55,509 bases of DNA from a virus (taxonomy: Duplodnaviria > Caudoviricetes), in the IMG/VR virus record IMGVR_UViG_3300046413_000510, positions 1 to 55,509 of that record; one strand, written 5' to 3'. Under the pieces are notes generated by a model that saw only the letters and a list, made by a program, of their open reading frames with translations, made no database searches and was not told the DNA's origin. A program made the position numbers and the translations under genes. Of the stretch, positions 1-10,492 are shown in pieces (positions within the stretch are counted from its first letter, which is position 1; every line of letters starts with the position of its first letter).

Positions 1-540
1 GTTCGTAAAAGATATCCTCATATATTAGAAGATAAAGATATATTATATGTTGAACACAATATACTTGATTGGTATGATGATGAAGTTAAAAAACTTGGTA
101 ACTTTGATTATGTACCAGAGAATGATTATAATAACTATAATGTTGTTGTTAGAACACCAAACTATTACAAATACAAAGACAAATATCCAGATGTAGTAAA
201 AAAATTAAATCATAAAAATACAATGTGGAAAGCATTTAACGGCAGGTCACCAGAGTTTACAGACGTTATTCAAGCAGCTGAAATAGACCGTAAAATGTGT
301 GCAGCCTTTCCTATGGTGCCTGTTATAGATTTTGAAAAAAGACATATTGTACATTGTAGTAAAAAATTTGCTAACAATAAAGAGTTATCTAAAACGTTTG
401 AGTTAACACAGGAAAATATTGACAAAATGATGAACTTTCAATTGTTCAAATATGAAAACTATTGTAAGACTTGTACTGAATGGGTACAACCAAAAGGTCA
501 TTTTCCTATGAGAAAATATGCGAGGGTATTAAATGCATAA
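1..540 (+). CDS. C-terminal part of a probable radical SAM (SPASM/twitch-type) protein, truncated by window start
   Basis: Frame 1 is open from base 1 to the stop at 540. Cys pattern C-x18-C...CxxC (MCAAF...VHCSK...YCKTC) resembles an auxiliary Fe-S domain. Neighbours are tailoring enzymes. Confidence 0.5.
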   Translation, partial: VRKRYPHILEDKDILYVEHNILDWYDDEVKKLGNFDYVPENDYNNYNVVVRTPNYYKYKDKYPDVVKKLNHKNTMWKAFNGRSPEFTDVIQAAEIDRKMCAAFPMVPVIDFEKRHIVHCSKKFANNKELSKTFELTQENIDKMMNFQLFKYENYCKTCTEWVQPKGHFPMRKYARVLNA

Positions 541-2017
541 TATAAATGCTGTGGCTTTAAATCTACACGACCAAAATACTTATGATGGTGTATATCACAA
601 TCAAAGAGAAAGACATACCAGATTTAAACACAATCTACCTTATCACGCTGAAGCATACTTAACTGAAAATGATAAGTTAAATACAAACGATTATAGATTA
701 AACAATGAGTTTGTAAAAGATTATTGGAAAAAAACAGATGATGTATTAGCATTTACATACACTAATGGTGGTATTAGAATGTGTAAAGATGTGGTGCCAA
801 AAGGTGTGTTTGAATATGAACCTAAAAAATTATGGGACTTTTGGTTTGAAGATAATGTGTATTATATAGACCATCATCAATCACACGCTACTTACGCTTT
901 CGTTAACTCTGGTTATAGTGAATCAGATATACTTGCCATAGACGGAATAGGTGCTAAGTATAGATGTATATTCGTTGATAAGACAGGTAATATAAAAGAT
1001 TTATCAAAAGAACTACCGATAGGGTGGTTATGGAATCAAATGTCTAAACTTACAGGATTTGGGTCATTAGGCGCAAGTAAACTAATGGGGTTGGTAGGCT
1101 ATGGTAGTTTTAATCAATACTACTATGATGTCTTTGAAATGATAATCTCCGGCGATATCCGAGAGAAAAAATACGATATTCACAAACTAATTAATATTGA
1201 GAAATTTGGTAAAGAAAGTTTAGCATACACCTTACAAAAGTTTACAATAGATAAAATAAAAGAATATATTTACCCATTAAAAAGTTGTGATAACTTATGT
1301 ATAGCAGGTGGTGTTGCATATAATGGTTATATGAATGAAGAGTTTACCAAACATTATAAAAATGTATTCATACCACCAGCAGTTGGTGATGAAGGACAAG
1401 CTATAGGTGTTTATCAACACGCTGATTGTACATTAAACAATAATTTACATAAGTCAAATACCTTTGCTGGTACGAATTATGAATATGACGGAGAGAAAGT
1501 AAATTACAAAGAAATAGCACAATCAATTGCTGATGGCAAAATAGTAGGTTGGTTTCAAGGTAAATCAGAAAGTGGTAATCGTGCATTAGGTAATAGAAGT
1601 ATATTAGCAGACCCTAGAAATCCGGATATAAAAAATATTATTAATCACACTATAAAAATGAGAGAAGATTTTAGACCATTTGCACCAGCAGTATTAGAAG
1701 AGTATTACAAAGATTACTTTGATACAAATAGTCCTAGTCCATATATGTCAAGAATATGTAAAGTAAAATCAGACAAAGTACCAGGTATAACACACGTTGA
1801 CGGTACTGCAAGAATACAAACGGTCAATAAAGATTTTAATGAAAAGTTTTACAATATTATAAAAGAGTTTTGGAAGATAACAGGAATACCAATGCTTTTG
1901 AATACGAGTTTTAATTGTCAAGAACCTATTGTAGAAACACCAGAACAAGCTTTAAAAACATTTAATAAAACTGCAATTGATATATTAGTTATCAATGATT
2001 GTGTGATAAGAAAATGA
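533..2017 (+). CDS. Carbamoyltransferase (NodU/CmcH/TobZ family)
   Basis: Motifs DHHQSHA, AIDGIG, AGGVAYN, GDEGQAIG, GNRALGNRSILADP, REDFRPFAP, THVDGTARIQTV, LLNTSFN. Confidence 0.93.
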   Translation: MHNINAVALNLHDQNTYDGVYHNQRERHTRFKHNLPYHAEAYLTENDKLNTNDYRLNNEFVKDYWKKTDDVLAFTYTNGGIRMCKDVVPKGVFEYEPKKLWDFWFEDNVYYIDHHQSHATYAFVNSGYSESDILAIDGIGAKYRCIFVDKTGNIKDLSKELPIGWLWNQMSKLTGFGSLGASKLMGLVGYGSFNQYYYDVFEMIISGDIREKKYDIHKLINIEKFGKESLAYTLQKFTIDKIKEYIYPLKSCDNLCIAGGVAYNGYMNEEFTKHYKNVFIPPAVGDEGQAIGVYQHADCTLNNNLHKSNTFAGTNYEYDGEKVNYKEIAQSIADGKIVGWFQGKSESGNRALGNRSILADPRNPDIKNIINHTIKMREDFRPFAPAVLEEYYKDYFDTNSPSPYMSRICKVKSDKVPGITHVDGTARIQTVNKDFNEKFYNIIKEFWKITGIPMLLNTSFNCQEPIVETPEQALKTFNKTAIDILVINDCVIRK

Positions 2018-2676
2018 GTTATTACGATATAATAAAAAAAAGAAAACACGTTAGAAGTTATGATATGAATGTCATACCACCTAGAGAAGATATTGAAGAA
2101 GTATTACAAAAGGCATATGAACTAACACCTTCTAAACAAAATATTGTACCTTATCAAGTAAATGTATTAGGTCCTGATAAACAAGATGAAAAGGAAAAAA
2201 TCTATAAAAACGTAGTAGGCAATCATAAGTTTATGGAAATATATGGCTCTTACCCCTGGAAAGGTGAGAAAGATAGAGAAAATCCTGATTATCAACACGT
2301 AAGATATAATCCTTATTTGTTATTGATAACTATGAGGTGGGTAAGAAAAACAAATGAATGGTATCAACATCAAATATCTTTAGGCCATTATATGGAACAA
2401 ATGGATGAAAGAAGAGTAAAAGAAGGTGATGACTCTAATGGCACAGCAGTTGAAATAGGATTGTATGCAACTAATCTAACTGGTCTAGTAGTAGAAAAAG
2501 GTTTAGATTTATCTTATTGTTTATGTTTTCATAGAAACCTAAAGCATTGGATAGATTTTGATTATGTAAATTATAGACCAATGTTATTAATTTCAATTGG
2601 CAAAGCTAAAGAATATAGAGGTATTGTACAAGGTGATATAAAATCAAATATAGAGGATATTGTTAAATGGATATAA
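2014..2676 (+). CDS. Nitroreductase-like protein
   Basis: N-terminal IIKKRKHVRSY and TPSKQN motifs, EIG...GLDLSYC. ATG at 2014 overlaps the previous stop (ATGA). Confidence 0.7.
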   Translation: MSYYDIIKKRKHVRSYDMNVIPPREDIEEVLQKAYELTPSKQNIVPYQVNVLGPDKQDEKEKIYKNVVGNHKFMEIYGSYPWKGEKDRENPDYQHVRYNPYLLLITMRWVRKTNEWYQHQISLGHYMEQMDERRVKEGDDSNGTAVEIGLYATNLTGLVVEKGLDLSYCLCFHRNLKHWIDFDYVNYRPMLLISIGKAKEYRGIVQGDIKSNIEDIVKWI

Positions 2677-3335
2677 AACAATTACAAACTATATTGAATA
2701 TGTTGATAACGCCTGCAATGAGAGAAGTAGTAAATAATCCTAAAGAAGGTAGAGGTGAAAATAGAACGGCTGAAGAAAAAGATTTATTAGATTCATTTAG
2801 TCCTAATCAATTTCTATCTAAAATGAATTTAATTAATCATATTAATAATTTAAATATCTTAACAAAGAATTCACAAATAGTTATATTTGGTAGTTGGTAT
2901 GGTAGTATATTGATACCAGCATTTTACGATAAAGTTAAAAAGATTACTTGCATAGACCAAGATTCTAAAGTTATTAACAGAGCAAAATATGAATTGTTTA
3001 AAGATTTAGATGTTGATTTTATAACTGGTGATGTATTTGAATTTAGAAATGCATACAAAAATGCTAACTTGTTTATTAATACTAGTTGTGAACATATGAA
3101 ACCAATGAGAGAATGGGGACCTGCTCCAGAATATAAAAATCCTTGGTGGGATAGAGTGTCGCCAGCTTACTTTGCGTTTCAATCTAATGCTATGTTTGAT
3201 ATACCAACACACATAAACTGCGTTAAGAATATAGAAGAATTTAAAAAACAATTGCCTGATAAAGCAGAGGTATTAGTTGGAGATGAAATACCAGATGACA
3301 GGGGTACTAGATTTACATTAATAGGTAAGATATGA
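2667..3335 (+). CDS. Class I SAM-dependent methyltransferase-like protein
   Basis: IVIFGSWYG motif I, CIDQD acidic strand 2, INTSCEHM. Confidence 0.6.
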   Translation: MDIKQLQTILNMLITPAMREVVNNPKEGRGENRTAEEKDLLDSFSPNQFLSKMNLINHINNLNILTKNSQIVIFGSWYGSILIPAFYDKVKKITCIDQDSKVINRAKYELFKDLDVDFITGDVFEFRNAYKNANLFINTSCEHMKPMREWGPAPEYKNPWWDRVSPAYFAFQSNAMFDIPTHINCVKNIEEFKKQLPDKAEVLVGDEIPDDRGTRFTLIGKI

Positions 3336-4159
3336 AAAGATTAATTTATAGTATTTACATTGAGGTGCCTGATAGTGAATTTGTTGATAATCAAAAAACA
3401 AATTTAAACACTAAAAAGGAACTAAAAGAAAACTATCAAAGATTGATAGATTGTAAACAACAATATGCTGATAGTATTGGTGCTGACTTTGTATTAATAA
3501 ACAAATATGAAGAATATAAAGATGAAATGAAAAGTAAATATCCTTTTTTGACAACATATAATATAATAAACTTTTACAAGATATTTTTATTATATAAGTT
3601 TTCTTCAAAGTATGACCAAATGTTATATCTTGATTTTGATGTAATACCTAATACTAAAGAAAACTTTTTTGAAGTTTTTGATTTATCTAAAGGCATAGCT
3701 ATCGCAAATAATAATGATAAGGTTTCAAAGATAGATAATATAACAGAAACATCACAAACTATTAGAAGTCCTAACTCAAAGTATTATAATTCTCAAGCAA
3801 TGTTATTACAAAGAGGTCTAAGCTCTGAATGTGATGTAGTTAATACTGGTATTATTGGTATAGATAAATCACATTTATATAAGTTAGAATACTTTAATCA
3901 ATTTGACCAAGATATGATTACAATGACACAATTAAAATTTGATAAGAGTATGTTTCCTAAAAAAATTGTTGACTATTTTGGATATGATAATGAGACTTTG
4001 TTTAGTGTAAAATTAAAACAACATAACGTACCTGTTCAATGGTTAGATGATGATTGGCATTATTTCTTTTATGATAATCTTTTTATACCTGAAAGTGCTA
4101 AACTTATACACGCAATTAATAAAAAGTTTGATATAGTATGGAGAAATGTAAATGCTTAA
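3332..4159 (+). CDS. Glycosyltransferase (GT-A fold)
   Basis: YLDFDVI DxD motif, NTGII, DNE motif, C-terminal IH. Confidence 0.7.
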   Translation: MKRLIYSIYIEVPDSEFVDNQKTNLNTKKELKENYQRLIDCKQQYADSIGADFVLINKYEEYKDEMKSKYPFLTTYNIINFYKIFLLYKFSSKYDQMLYLDFDVIPNTKENFFEVFDLSKGIAIANNNDKVSKIDNITETSQTIRSPNSKYYNSQAMLLQRGLSSECDVVNTGIIGIDKSHLYKLEYFNQFDQDMITMTQLKFDKSMFPKKIVDYFGYDNETLFSVKLKQHNVPVQWLDDDWHYFFYDNLFIPESAKLIHAINKKFDIVWRNVNA

Positions 4160-4844
4160 GATATGCACGGTCTATCATAAAGGTTTTTATACGCCAGACT
4201 ATGTTGGTAATTTATATAGAGATTTAAAAAAACATAGTAAGATACCTTTTGAATCTATTTGTATAAGTGATACAGACGTGGATGCTGATGTAGTATTACC
4301 TTATAATCATCATAGTGATATTGTAAAACATTGGCACAAATTAAAATTTTTTAGTCCTCAATTTGGTAATCAGAAGCCAGGTGATGACATTATAATTATG
4401 GACATTGACCAGAAAATTGTAAACAATGTAGATAGAATATTAAATTATAAAGTAAAAGACGGTGAACTATTAACATATTCTTCTTGGTGGGATAACAAGT
4501 TAGGTATCAATGGTGGTTTTTATAAATTCAAATCAGGTACTTTAAATCACATATGGGACGACTTTGCATTAAACCCTAAATATTGGCAAAACCATTATTA
4601 TGATACTGGTGTAGTACACCACAAATATTATGGTGAACAAAATTATGTAAAGGGTAAAGCAAATGATATTATATGTTTACCAGGAAAATGGTTATTTAAA
4701 AAGTCAGATAACTTTCAAGAAAATTTAGAACTACAAAAGTTATATTGTAGTTTGTTTAAAACAGACTATGCTGAAATGGGTGGTCAAGTAAACGATAGTA
4801 TAAGAATTATACATTACGCTGGACCAGGTAGAATTATTAAATGA
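4152..4844 (+). CDS. Glycosyltransferase (GT-A, GT8-like)
   Basis: WHKLKFF, MDIDQ DxD, INGG, GEQNY, IIHYAG. Confidence 0.7.
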   Translation: MLKICTVYHKGFYTPDYVGNLYRDLKKHSKIPFESICISDTDVDADVVLPYNHHSDIVKHWHKLKFFSPQFGNQKPGDDIIIMDIDQKIVNNVDRILNYKVKDGELLTYSSWWDNKLGINGGFYKFKSGTLNHIWDDFALNPKYWQNHYYDTGVVHHKYYGEQNYVKGKANDIICLPGKWLFKKSDNFQENLELQKLYCSLFKTDYAEMGGQVNDSIRIIHYAGPGRIIK

Positions 4845-6115
4845 ACGAAACACAAAAAACAGAGTTTGAAAAGAAACTAAAAGATAAAAAAATATGGTGG
4901 TGTCCTTTGCCTTGGACTCATATATTTTCTAGTTTAAGTGGTAGATATGCACCTTGTTATGACGCATTAGCTCCTACTGGCCACAATATGGAAAACACAA
5001 CCATTAAAGAATGGTATACATCTGATTATCAAAATAGATTACGAGAAGAAATGTTAAAAGAAGATTTTGATGGTGAGTTTTTTGACAAACATTGTACAGG
5101 TTGTAGAAAACACGAACTATTATATGGTCGTTCAGATAGAATGAAATATGTTGAACAAGTATTAGCAGGCACCTTTGATAGTAAAGTACCAGAGTTATTA
5201 AGAGCGGTACAAAAATTTCAAGAAGAAGGTAAAATAGATTTAGATGAGAGAATATTAGACATTAAAATGAAAATGTTTGGTAATGCTTGTAATCTTGATT
5301 GTTATATGTGTACACCAAGAAGTGCTAACACTAGAACTATATCACTTAAAAAAATAGGTAAAGTATTTGACCCCGATTTAGACCCTAAAGACGGTGAACG
5401 TATGAATACAATGAAACACGACGGAGAAGAACATTTAGATGATGTGGCTTCAGTAGCAAAATATACTAGGTCAATTAAGTTGATAGGTGGCGAACCTTTA
5501 GTTATGAAAAATCATTATAAACTTTTAGACAAACTGGTACAAACAGGACATTCAAAAGGTATTGACTTGATATATAAAACAAATTTATCTGTATTTAAAA
5601 TGGATAATTATGATTTTAGAAATTACTTTGGTAAATTTAAAGAGTTTGTTATGAAAATATCTATTGATAGTTATGGTAAATACAATGACTACATTAGAAA
5701 AAAATCTGATTGGCCACAATTAATTGATAATATGATGGTTATGAAAGCAAGAAAAGATAGTAGAGTAAATGTTCATAGTGTAGTATCTTTTTTAAGTGTT
5801 ATGCATATTTGGAAACTTCAAGAATATCTAAAAGAAATAGGTATACCTCACACATATTATATTATACAACATCCAGCAATATTACAAGTTAAGAACTTAC
5901 CTTATGAAATTAAACAAAAACTAATACCAAAATACAAAGACTATCCTAATATTATAAAATCATTAGAAAAGAAACAAAATAAATTAGACTTTGTAAAAAC
6001 AATTGAATATTGTCAAGCGTTAGACCGTAATCATAATAATTATAAACTATTTGAATTATATCCCGAACTTGAACAATATTATAAAGAGGCTAAAAATGAA
6101 ACTAACTTACTCTAA
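4841..6115 (+). CDS. Radical SAM protein with N-terminal twitch-like Cys domain
   Basis: CNLDCYMC (CxxxCxxC), GGEP, SID. N-terminal WCPLPW...PCY...CTGC. Confidence 0.92.
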   Translation: MNETQKTEFEKKLKDKKIWWCPLPWTHIFSSLSGRYAPCYDALAPTGHNMENTTIKEWYTSDYQNRLREEMLKEDFDGEFFDKHCTGCRKHELLYGRSDRMKYVEQVLAGTFDSKVPELLRAVQKFQEEGKIDLDERILDIKMKMFGNACNLDCYMCTPRSANTRTISLKKIGKVFDPDLDPKDGERMNTMKHDGEEHLDDVASVAKYTRSIKLIGGEPLVMKNHYKLLDKLVQTGHSKGIDLIYKTNLSVFKMDNYDFRNYFGKFKEFVMKISIDSYGKYNDYIRKKSDWPQLIDNMMVMKARKDSRVNVHSVVSFLSVMHIWKLQEYLKEIGIPHTYYIIQHPAILQVKNLPYEIKQKLIPKYKDYPNIIKSLEKKQNKLDFVKTIEYCQALDRNHNNYKLFELYPELEQYYKEAKNETNLL

Positions 6116-6836
6116 TCAAACAATAGATTTGTTTAGTGAAGACCTTTTTCCTGAACTGCCAAATAAGATAGTAATATCATTGTCTGGTGGATTAGATTCA
6201 TCTTCATTAACTTATTTAATTGCAAATTATTTTCCTAATATTGATATATTTCCTTTTCATTCAAAAGATATAGACGGTCCTTTAGATACAGAATGTGCCA
6301 TCAATGTTCATAGATACTTAAAAGGTATGTTCCCTAATATAAAAGATTTAACTATATTTGATGTCAATACAAGTGACCCTATTTGGTTAAAAAAGGCTCA
6401 AGAAGAATTAGATTCGCCAAAGGGTAAAATTAATGGTGTACCAAAATGGCGAACCGTTAGAGGTGGTTCAAAGGCACTACAAAATAGAAATGCTAGAAAA
6501 ATAATGTATGATAGACATAATACGGTTGTTGCAATGGCTATGTCTATGAATCCTCCTATTGAAGATATGAAACGATTAGGTTTTTATGATGTTGCTGAAA
6601 GAAAAAGAGACCCAGGCAGGTCAAATGAAAAATTATTAGATAGTGGTGTTTATATGCCATATTTACACGTTAATAAAAAATTTGTAGCAGGTGTTTATAA
6701 AGAACACAACCTTATAAAAGAATTATACCCTATGACAAAATCGTGTGCGTGGGGACCTGAAAGTGGTAATACAAACTATCCAGAACCTTGTGGTAAATGT
6801 TTTTGGTGTAATGAAAAAGCGTGGGCATTTCAATGA
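6096..6836 (+). CDS. QueC-like PP-loop ATP pyrophosphatase with C-terminal Zn site
   Basis: SLSGGLDS PP-loop and SC...PCGKCFWC Zn motif. ATG at 6096 follows a GAGG. Confidence 0.8.
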   Translation: MKLTYSNQTIDLFSEDLFPELPNKIVISLSGGLDSSSLTYLIANYFPNIDIFPFHSKDIDGPLDTECAINVHRYLKGMFPNIKDLTIFDVNTSDPIWLKKAQEELDSPKGKINGVPKWRTVRGGSKALQNRNARKIMYDRHNTVVAMAMSMNPPIEDMKRLGFYDVAERKRDPGRSNEKLLDSGVYMPYLHVNKKFVAGVYKEHNLIKELYPMTKSCAWGPESGNTNYPEPCGKCFWCNEKAWAFQ

Positions 6837-7405
6837 GAATAATTTGTTGTCAATTTGGTGAAAAGTTTACTCAATGGCACGTTGAGAATCTAAAGTATAT
6901 GATTGATAACTTTTCTGGTTTAAAGTACGATAGTTTTGAAGTTATTAAACGAGACTTATATGGTAACTGGTACAATAAACTACAAATGTATGATAGATTT
7001 AGAGACGGTGAAAACTTATACTTTGATTTAGATATGATTATATTTGGCAAATTACCTAATCTAATTAAAAATAACTTTACTTTATTAGACGATAGTTATT
7101 GGCGAGAACCTGCTCACACACCTTTAAATTCATCTGTTGTTAGTTGGACTGGTGACGTGTCTTATATATGGAAAAAATTTAAATCTAACGAAGAGTATTT
7201 TTTAAAGAAATACAACAAAGGTAGTGATGAGTTTTATTATAGAGAATTAAAATATTATCAAACTTATCCTAAAGTATGTGAATCTATTGCCAATCACATA
7301 TATAAAAAACCAGATAATTATAATATGTTGACATTAGGACAATACCATCACATTATGGAAAAAGGTTGGAATGGTTGGTACTCTAACTTCTTTCTGCCAA
7401 GATAA
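6833..7405 (+). CDS. Glycosyltransferase (GT-A, GT8-like)
   Basis: WYNKLQM, YFDLD DxD, LNSSVVSW, GSDEF. Paralog-like to 4152-4844. Confidence 0.7.
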   Translation: MRIICCQFGEKFTQWHVENLKYMIDNFSGLKYDSFEVIKRDLYGNWYNKLQMYDRFRDGENLYFDLDMIIFGKLPNLIKNNFTLLDDSYWREPAHTPLNSSVVSWTGDVSYIWKKFKSNEEYFLKKYNKGSDEFYYRELKYYQTYPKVCESIANHIYKKPDNYNMLTLGQYHHIMEKGWNGWYSNFFLPR

Positions 7406-7883
7406 TTTGTAAAGCATACAATAATGCTTCAATCTTTGTAGTAGATTTTCTTAATTGAGTTTTTAATTCTTCTTTTTTAGTATCTCTAATTTCTTTTATT
7501 TCAAATAAAGCCAGTTTTAATGCAAACAAATGGTCTTCATTTTCAGGCTCTTCAAATATTGCTTTTGTTAATATAGGAAAAAAACTAGTATCTATTTTAT
7601 CGTGACCTAATACAAGACCACTATTTTTAGCAATTTCTATTGCTGTTCTTTCAAACTCAGCTCTCTCTGCTTTCTTTGTGTTGTAAGTTGTTTCGTGTAA
7701 TTCATCAACACTCATAACTTTCATTAATTCTTGAAAATCAGGATGCTCTGTATCGTATTCTATAACCGTACTATTAGTTATCTTGTAATCTTTAGAAGTA
7801 TATAATACCTCAATCATCTTTCTTTCATTATCTATAAAATTTGCTTTGACCAAATGGTCTTTCAAATTCACTTCAGTTAACAT
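7383..7883 (-). CDS. Hypothetical phage protein
   Basis: 166-aa ORF, SD AGGAG upstream, coupled to the epimerase stop. Confidence 0.7.
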   Translation of the reverse strand: MLTEVNLKDHLVKANFIDNERKMIEVLYTSKDYKITNSTVIEYDTEHPDFQELMKVMSVDELHETTYNTKKAERAEFERTAIEIAKNSGLVLGHDKIDTSFFPILTKAIFEEPENEDHLFALKLALFEIKEIRDTKKEELKTQLRKSTTKIEALLYALQIILAERS

Positions 7884-8601
7884 TTCTATTCTCCTTTAAA
7901 TAATTATATAAGTTTACTTTTGGTTTCCAACCTAACCTATTTAGTGTAGTAATATCAGCTTTGTTATCCAGTCTTTCGTTTTCACCACCCATTTTTCTCT
8001 CACAATCAATATGAAAATAATCTACCAAGTCAACTAATTCGTGAGTATGACCTGTACCTATATCTACAACACCCCTTACATTTTCTATCATTAATATATC
8101 TATGGCACTTATAATATCATCAACGTGTATGAAATCTCTTTTATGATTTGTGTTAATATATTGAACGTCATTTTTTAACATTTTAGGTATCAACATATTA
8201 GACTTAGCATTAGGACCATAAACGGTTGTAAATCTCATACCTAAACTATTTTCTGGTGCTATTTGTTCAAGACTATATTTACTCATTGCATAAGGATTTC
8301 TCCAAGGTTCCCAAGCTGTAGATGAACTGGCATATAAAATTTTTGTGTCTGCAAAAAAATCAAATAGTCTTTGACCTGCAATTACATTTTGTTTCCAGTA
8401 TTCTTCAGGATTATCTAAACTATCTCTAACACCAGATAGACCTGCTAAATGAATTACAACGTCTGCGTTATAATGTAAATCACAGGTTAATAAATCATAA
8501 CCTGAAATTTTATCTATGTTGATTACGTTGTGTTTTTTGGTAAGATGTTTATATAGATTTTGACCTATAAAGCCATCACCGCCTGTTAATAATATATTCA
8601 T
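7873..8601 (-). CDS. NAD-dependent nucleotide-sugar epimerase/dehydratase
   Basis: TGGDGFIG Rossmann motif, HLAG, YASSS, YAMSK (YxxxK), RFTTVYGP, RDFIHVDD. Confidence 0.93.
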   Translation of the reverse strand: MNILLTGGDGFIGQNLYKHLTKKHNVINIDKISGYDLLTCDLHYNADVVIHLAGLSGVRDSLDNPEEYWKQNVIAGQRLFDFFADTKILYASSSTAWEPWRNPYAMSKYSLEQIAPENSLGMRFTTVYGPNAKSNMLIPKMLKNDVQYINTNHKRDFIHVDDIISAIDILMIENVRGVVDIGTGHTHELVDLVDYFHIDCERKMGGENERLDNKADITTLNRLGWKPKVNLYNYLKENRNVN

Positions 8602-8610
8602 AATTCATAA

Positions 8611-9549
8611 TTAAGTTAAATTAACCTTCAAAAATGTTGTACTAATTGTTGCTGATGTTCCGTCAGGAAACTCTTGAGCTCTATAATCGTTTGTGTTAAC
8701 GTATCTTGTTTGGTAATTACCTGTACCATTTAGTCTAGTATCAGTCATACCTGAACCTTTACTTGTACCAGCACCACCTAAATTATATCTTAACTTAAAT
8801 GTTCCTGCACTTGCAATAACTTCGTGTCTAATTAATTCATTTGATAATGTATCAACATCAGCCGTTGAAAATTCTTGTACATCATTATCAGACCTTAATT
8901 GTAAAGGCAAAACTGATAAAGATGGTGCTGATATAATATTTTTCTTTAAGTAATAACTTGTAATAGTTGTAGGTTGGTCTGGCGTTTCACCTATACCGTC
9001 TTGCGTATAAGCACTTGTATCCGCTCTTGTATCTAAAAATACAGGAGTTGCTGACATTAATTGTTGGCCGCCTGATAGAGTTGCCGTTGTATCTATAAAA
9101 TATGTTCCAGCAGTTGTAGCATTATTTTGACCTGTTGTTAATTCTAAAATTACCGGCCGTATTATTGAGTCTAACATATCTTGGTGTGTCATAGCTTTTA
9201 AATTATTTGTATCATCTATGTAAACAAAATAACGTTTACCATTATCTGTTCCTAAAGTAGGAGCAGCTGCAACGTTTTGAGCTATTCTAGTGTAAACTAC
9301 GGAAGTTTGAGTAATATCGGCAGTTTCAGCTTCTGTTGAAAATCTATCTGTTCTAGTATTTGAAGCACCAGCAACCATACGTGTGTCGGTTATAGAACCT
9401 AAACTACCGCCTGAAGATACTACTGATAATGCTATTGGATTTGCTTGTTGAAATTGATATTTAAAAACACTTTTCAATAAATCAAACATAGTGTCATCCA
9501 TTGCTTGGATGTTTCCACTATTTAAATAAACTGGTCTGACTACTGCCAT
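8611..9549 (-). CDS. Probable virion structural protein
   Basis: Thr/Ser/Gly-rich, with an internal 3-fold repeat of the IQAM/LKAM/VQEF...DTR unit. Lies in the late structural operon. Confidence 0.6.
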   Translation of the reverse strand: MAVVRPVYLNSGNIQAMDDTMFDLLKSVFKYQFQQANPIALSVVSSGGSLGSITDTRMVAGASNTRTDRFSTEAETADITQTSVVYTRIAQNVAAAPTLGTDNGKRYFVYIDDTNNLKAMTHQDMLDSIIRPVILELTTGQNNATTAGTYFIDTTATLSGGQQLMSATPVFLDTRADTSAYTQDGIGETPDQPTTITSYYLKKNIISAPSLSVLPLQLRSDNDVQEFSTADVDTLSNELIRHEVIASAGTFKLRYNLGGAGTSKGSGMTDTRLNGTGNYQTRYVNTNDYRAQEFPDGTSATISTTFLKVNLT

Positions 9550-9570
9550 AATATATCCTCATTGTTATTC

Positions 9571-10491
9571 TTACGAACCTGCACCAAAAATTGTTTTCTG
9601 TGCTACACCTGCACTATTATATAGTATCAAACTAACTGCGTTTGAAAATTTTGCTGATGTTATTGTATTGTTTGAAATGTTAGAGTTTGAAATTTGACCT
9701 ACACCACCTGTTAACATAACATCTCCACCTGCGTCTGGAAAAGTTATAACTCTGTCTGCTGTTGGGTCTGTTACCGTTAATGCTGTTTCAAAACCATCAT
9801 CTGTAGCACCTTCAAATATAACTAATTTGTTTGGCGATAATCTAATAGATGAACCAAATGAAGTTTCACCAGCTAAAGTATTGATATCACCTGCTGTGCC
9901 ACCAAATTCAGTACCGTTTATGGTTACTTTATTTGTGCCTGTTGCTATGTTATCATTAAAAGTAATTGTATTAGAGTTTGATGACGAAATAGTATTTCCT
10001 GATACGTTAATAGAACCAAGAGTTGCGTCACCTGAAGTAATAATAGCAGCGTTAATATTAATAACTCCACCAGATACATCATCTATAAGATTTGTTTTTA
10101 CGGCTGCTGAACCTGTTGTTGCAATATTTCCTGCTGAACTAATACCACCATTACCGACATTTAAACCATTTGATATGGTTACGTCTGACGGTAAACCTAT
10201 TACTAATGTGTCTGTAGCTTGAACAGCGGCTGTAATTTCGTTTGTTGTACCTTGTACGTGTAATTCTTGACCTGAACCAATTAATTGTCTAGTAGATGAA
10301 GAATCAACTACAAAGAAACCAGCAGCGGCACTAACAATACCGATAGTTTCATTCATAGCGCCAACAATACTTGTAGCGTTAATAGAACTATCTAAATTTG
10401 CAATATCACCGAAGTCCTGTGAAGTAAGAGCATTAAACTGCGTTCTTAAATCTTCTAAACTATCTGTTATATTAATTGTTCTTACAGCCAT
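9571..10491 (-). CDS. Probable fibre/tail-appendage protein
   Basis: N-terminal DSLEDLRTQFNAL helix, beta-repeat G/S/T-rich body, FEGATDDGFETALTVTDPTADRVITFPD module typical of marine phage fibres. Confidence 0.65.
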   Translation of the reverse strand: MAVRTINITDSLEDLRTQFNALTSQDFGDIANLDSSINATSIVGAMNETIGIVSAAAGFFVVDSSSTRQLIGSGQELHVQGTTNEITAAVQATDTLVIGLPSDVTISNGLNVGNGGISSAGNIATTGSAAVKTNLIDDVSGGVININAAIITSGDATLGSINVSGNTISSSNSNTITFNDNIATGTNKVTINGTEFGGTAGDINTLAGETSFGSSIRLSPNKLVIFEGATDDGFETALTVTDPTADRVITFPDAGGDVMLTGGVGQISNSNISNNTITSAKFSNAVSLILYNSAGVAQKTIFGAGS

Positions 10492-10492
10492 T

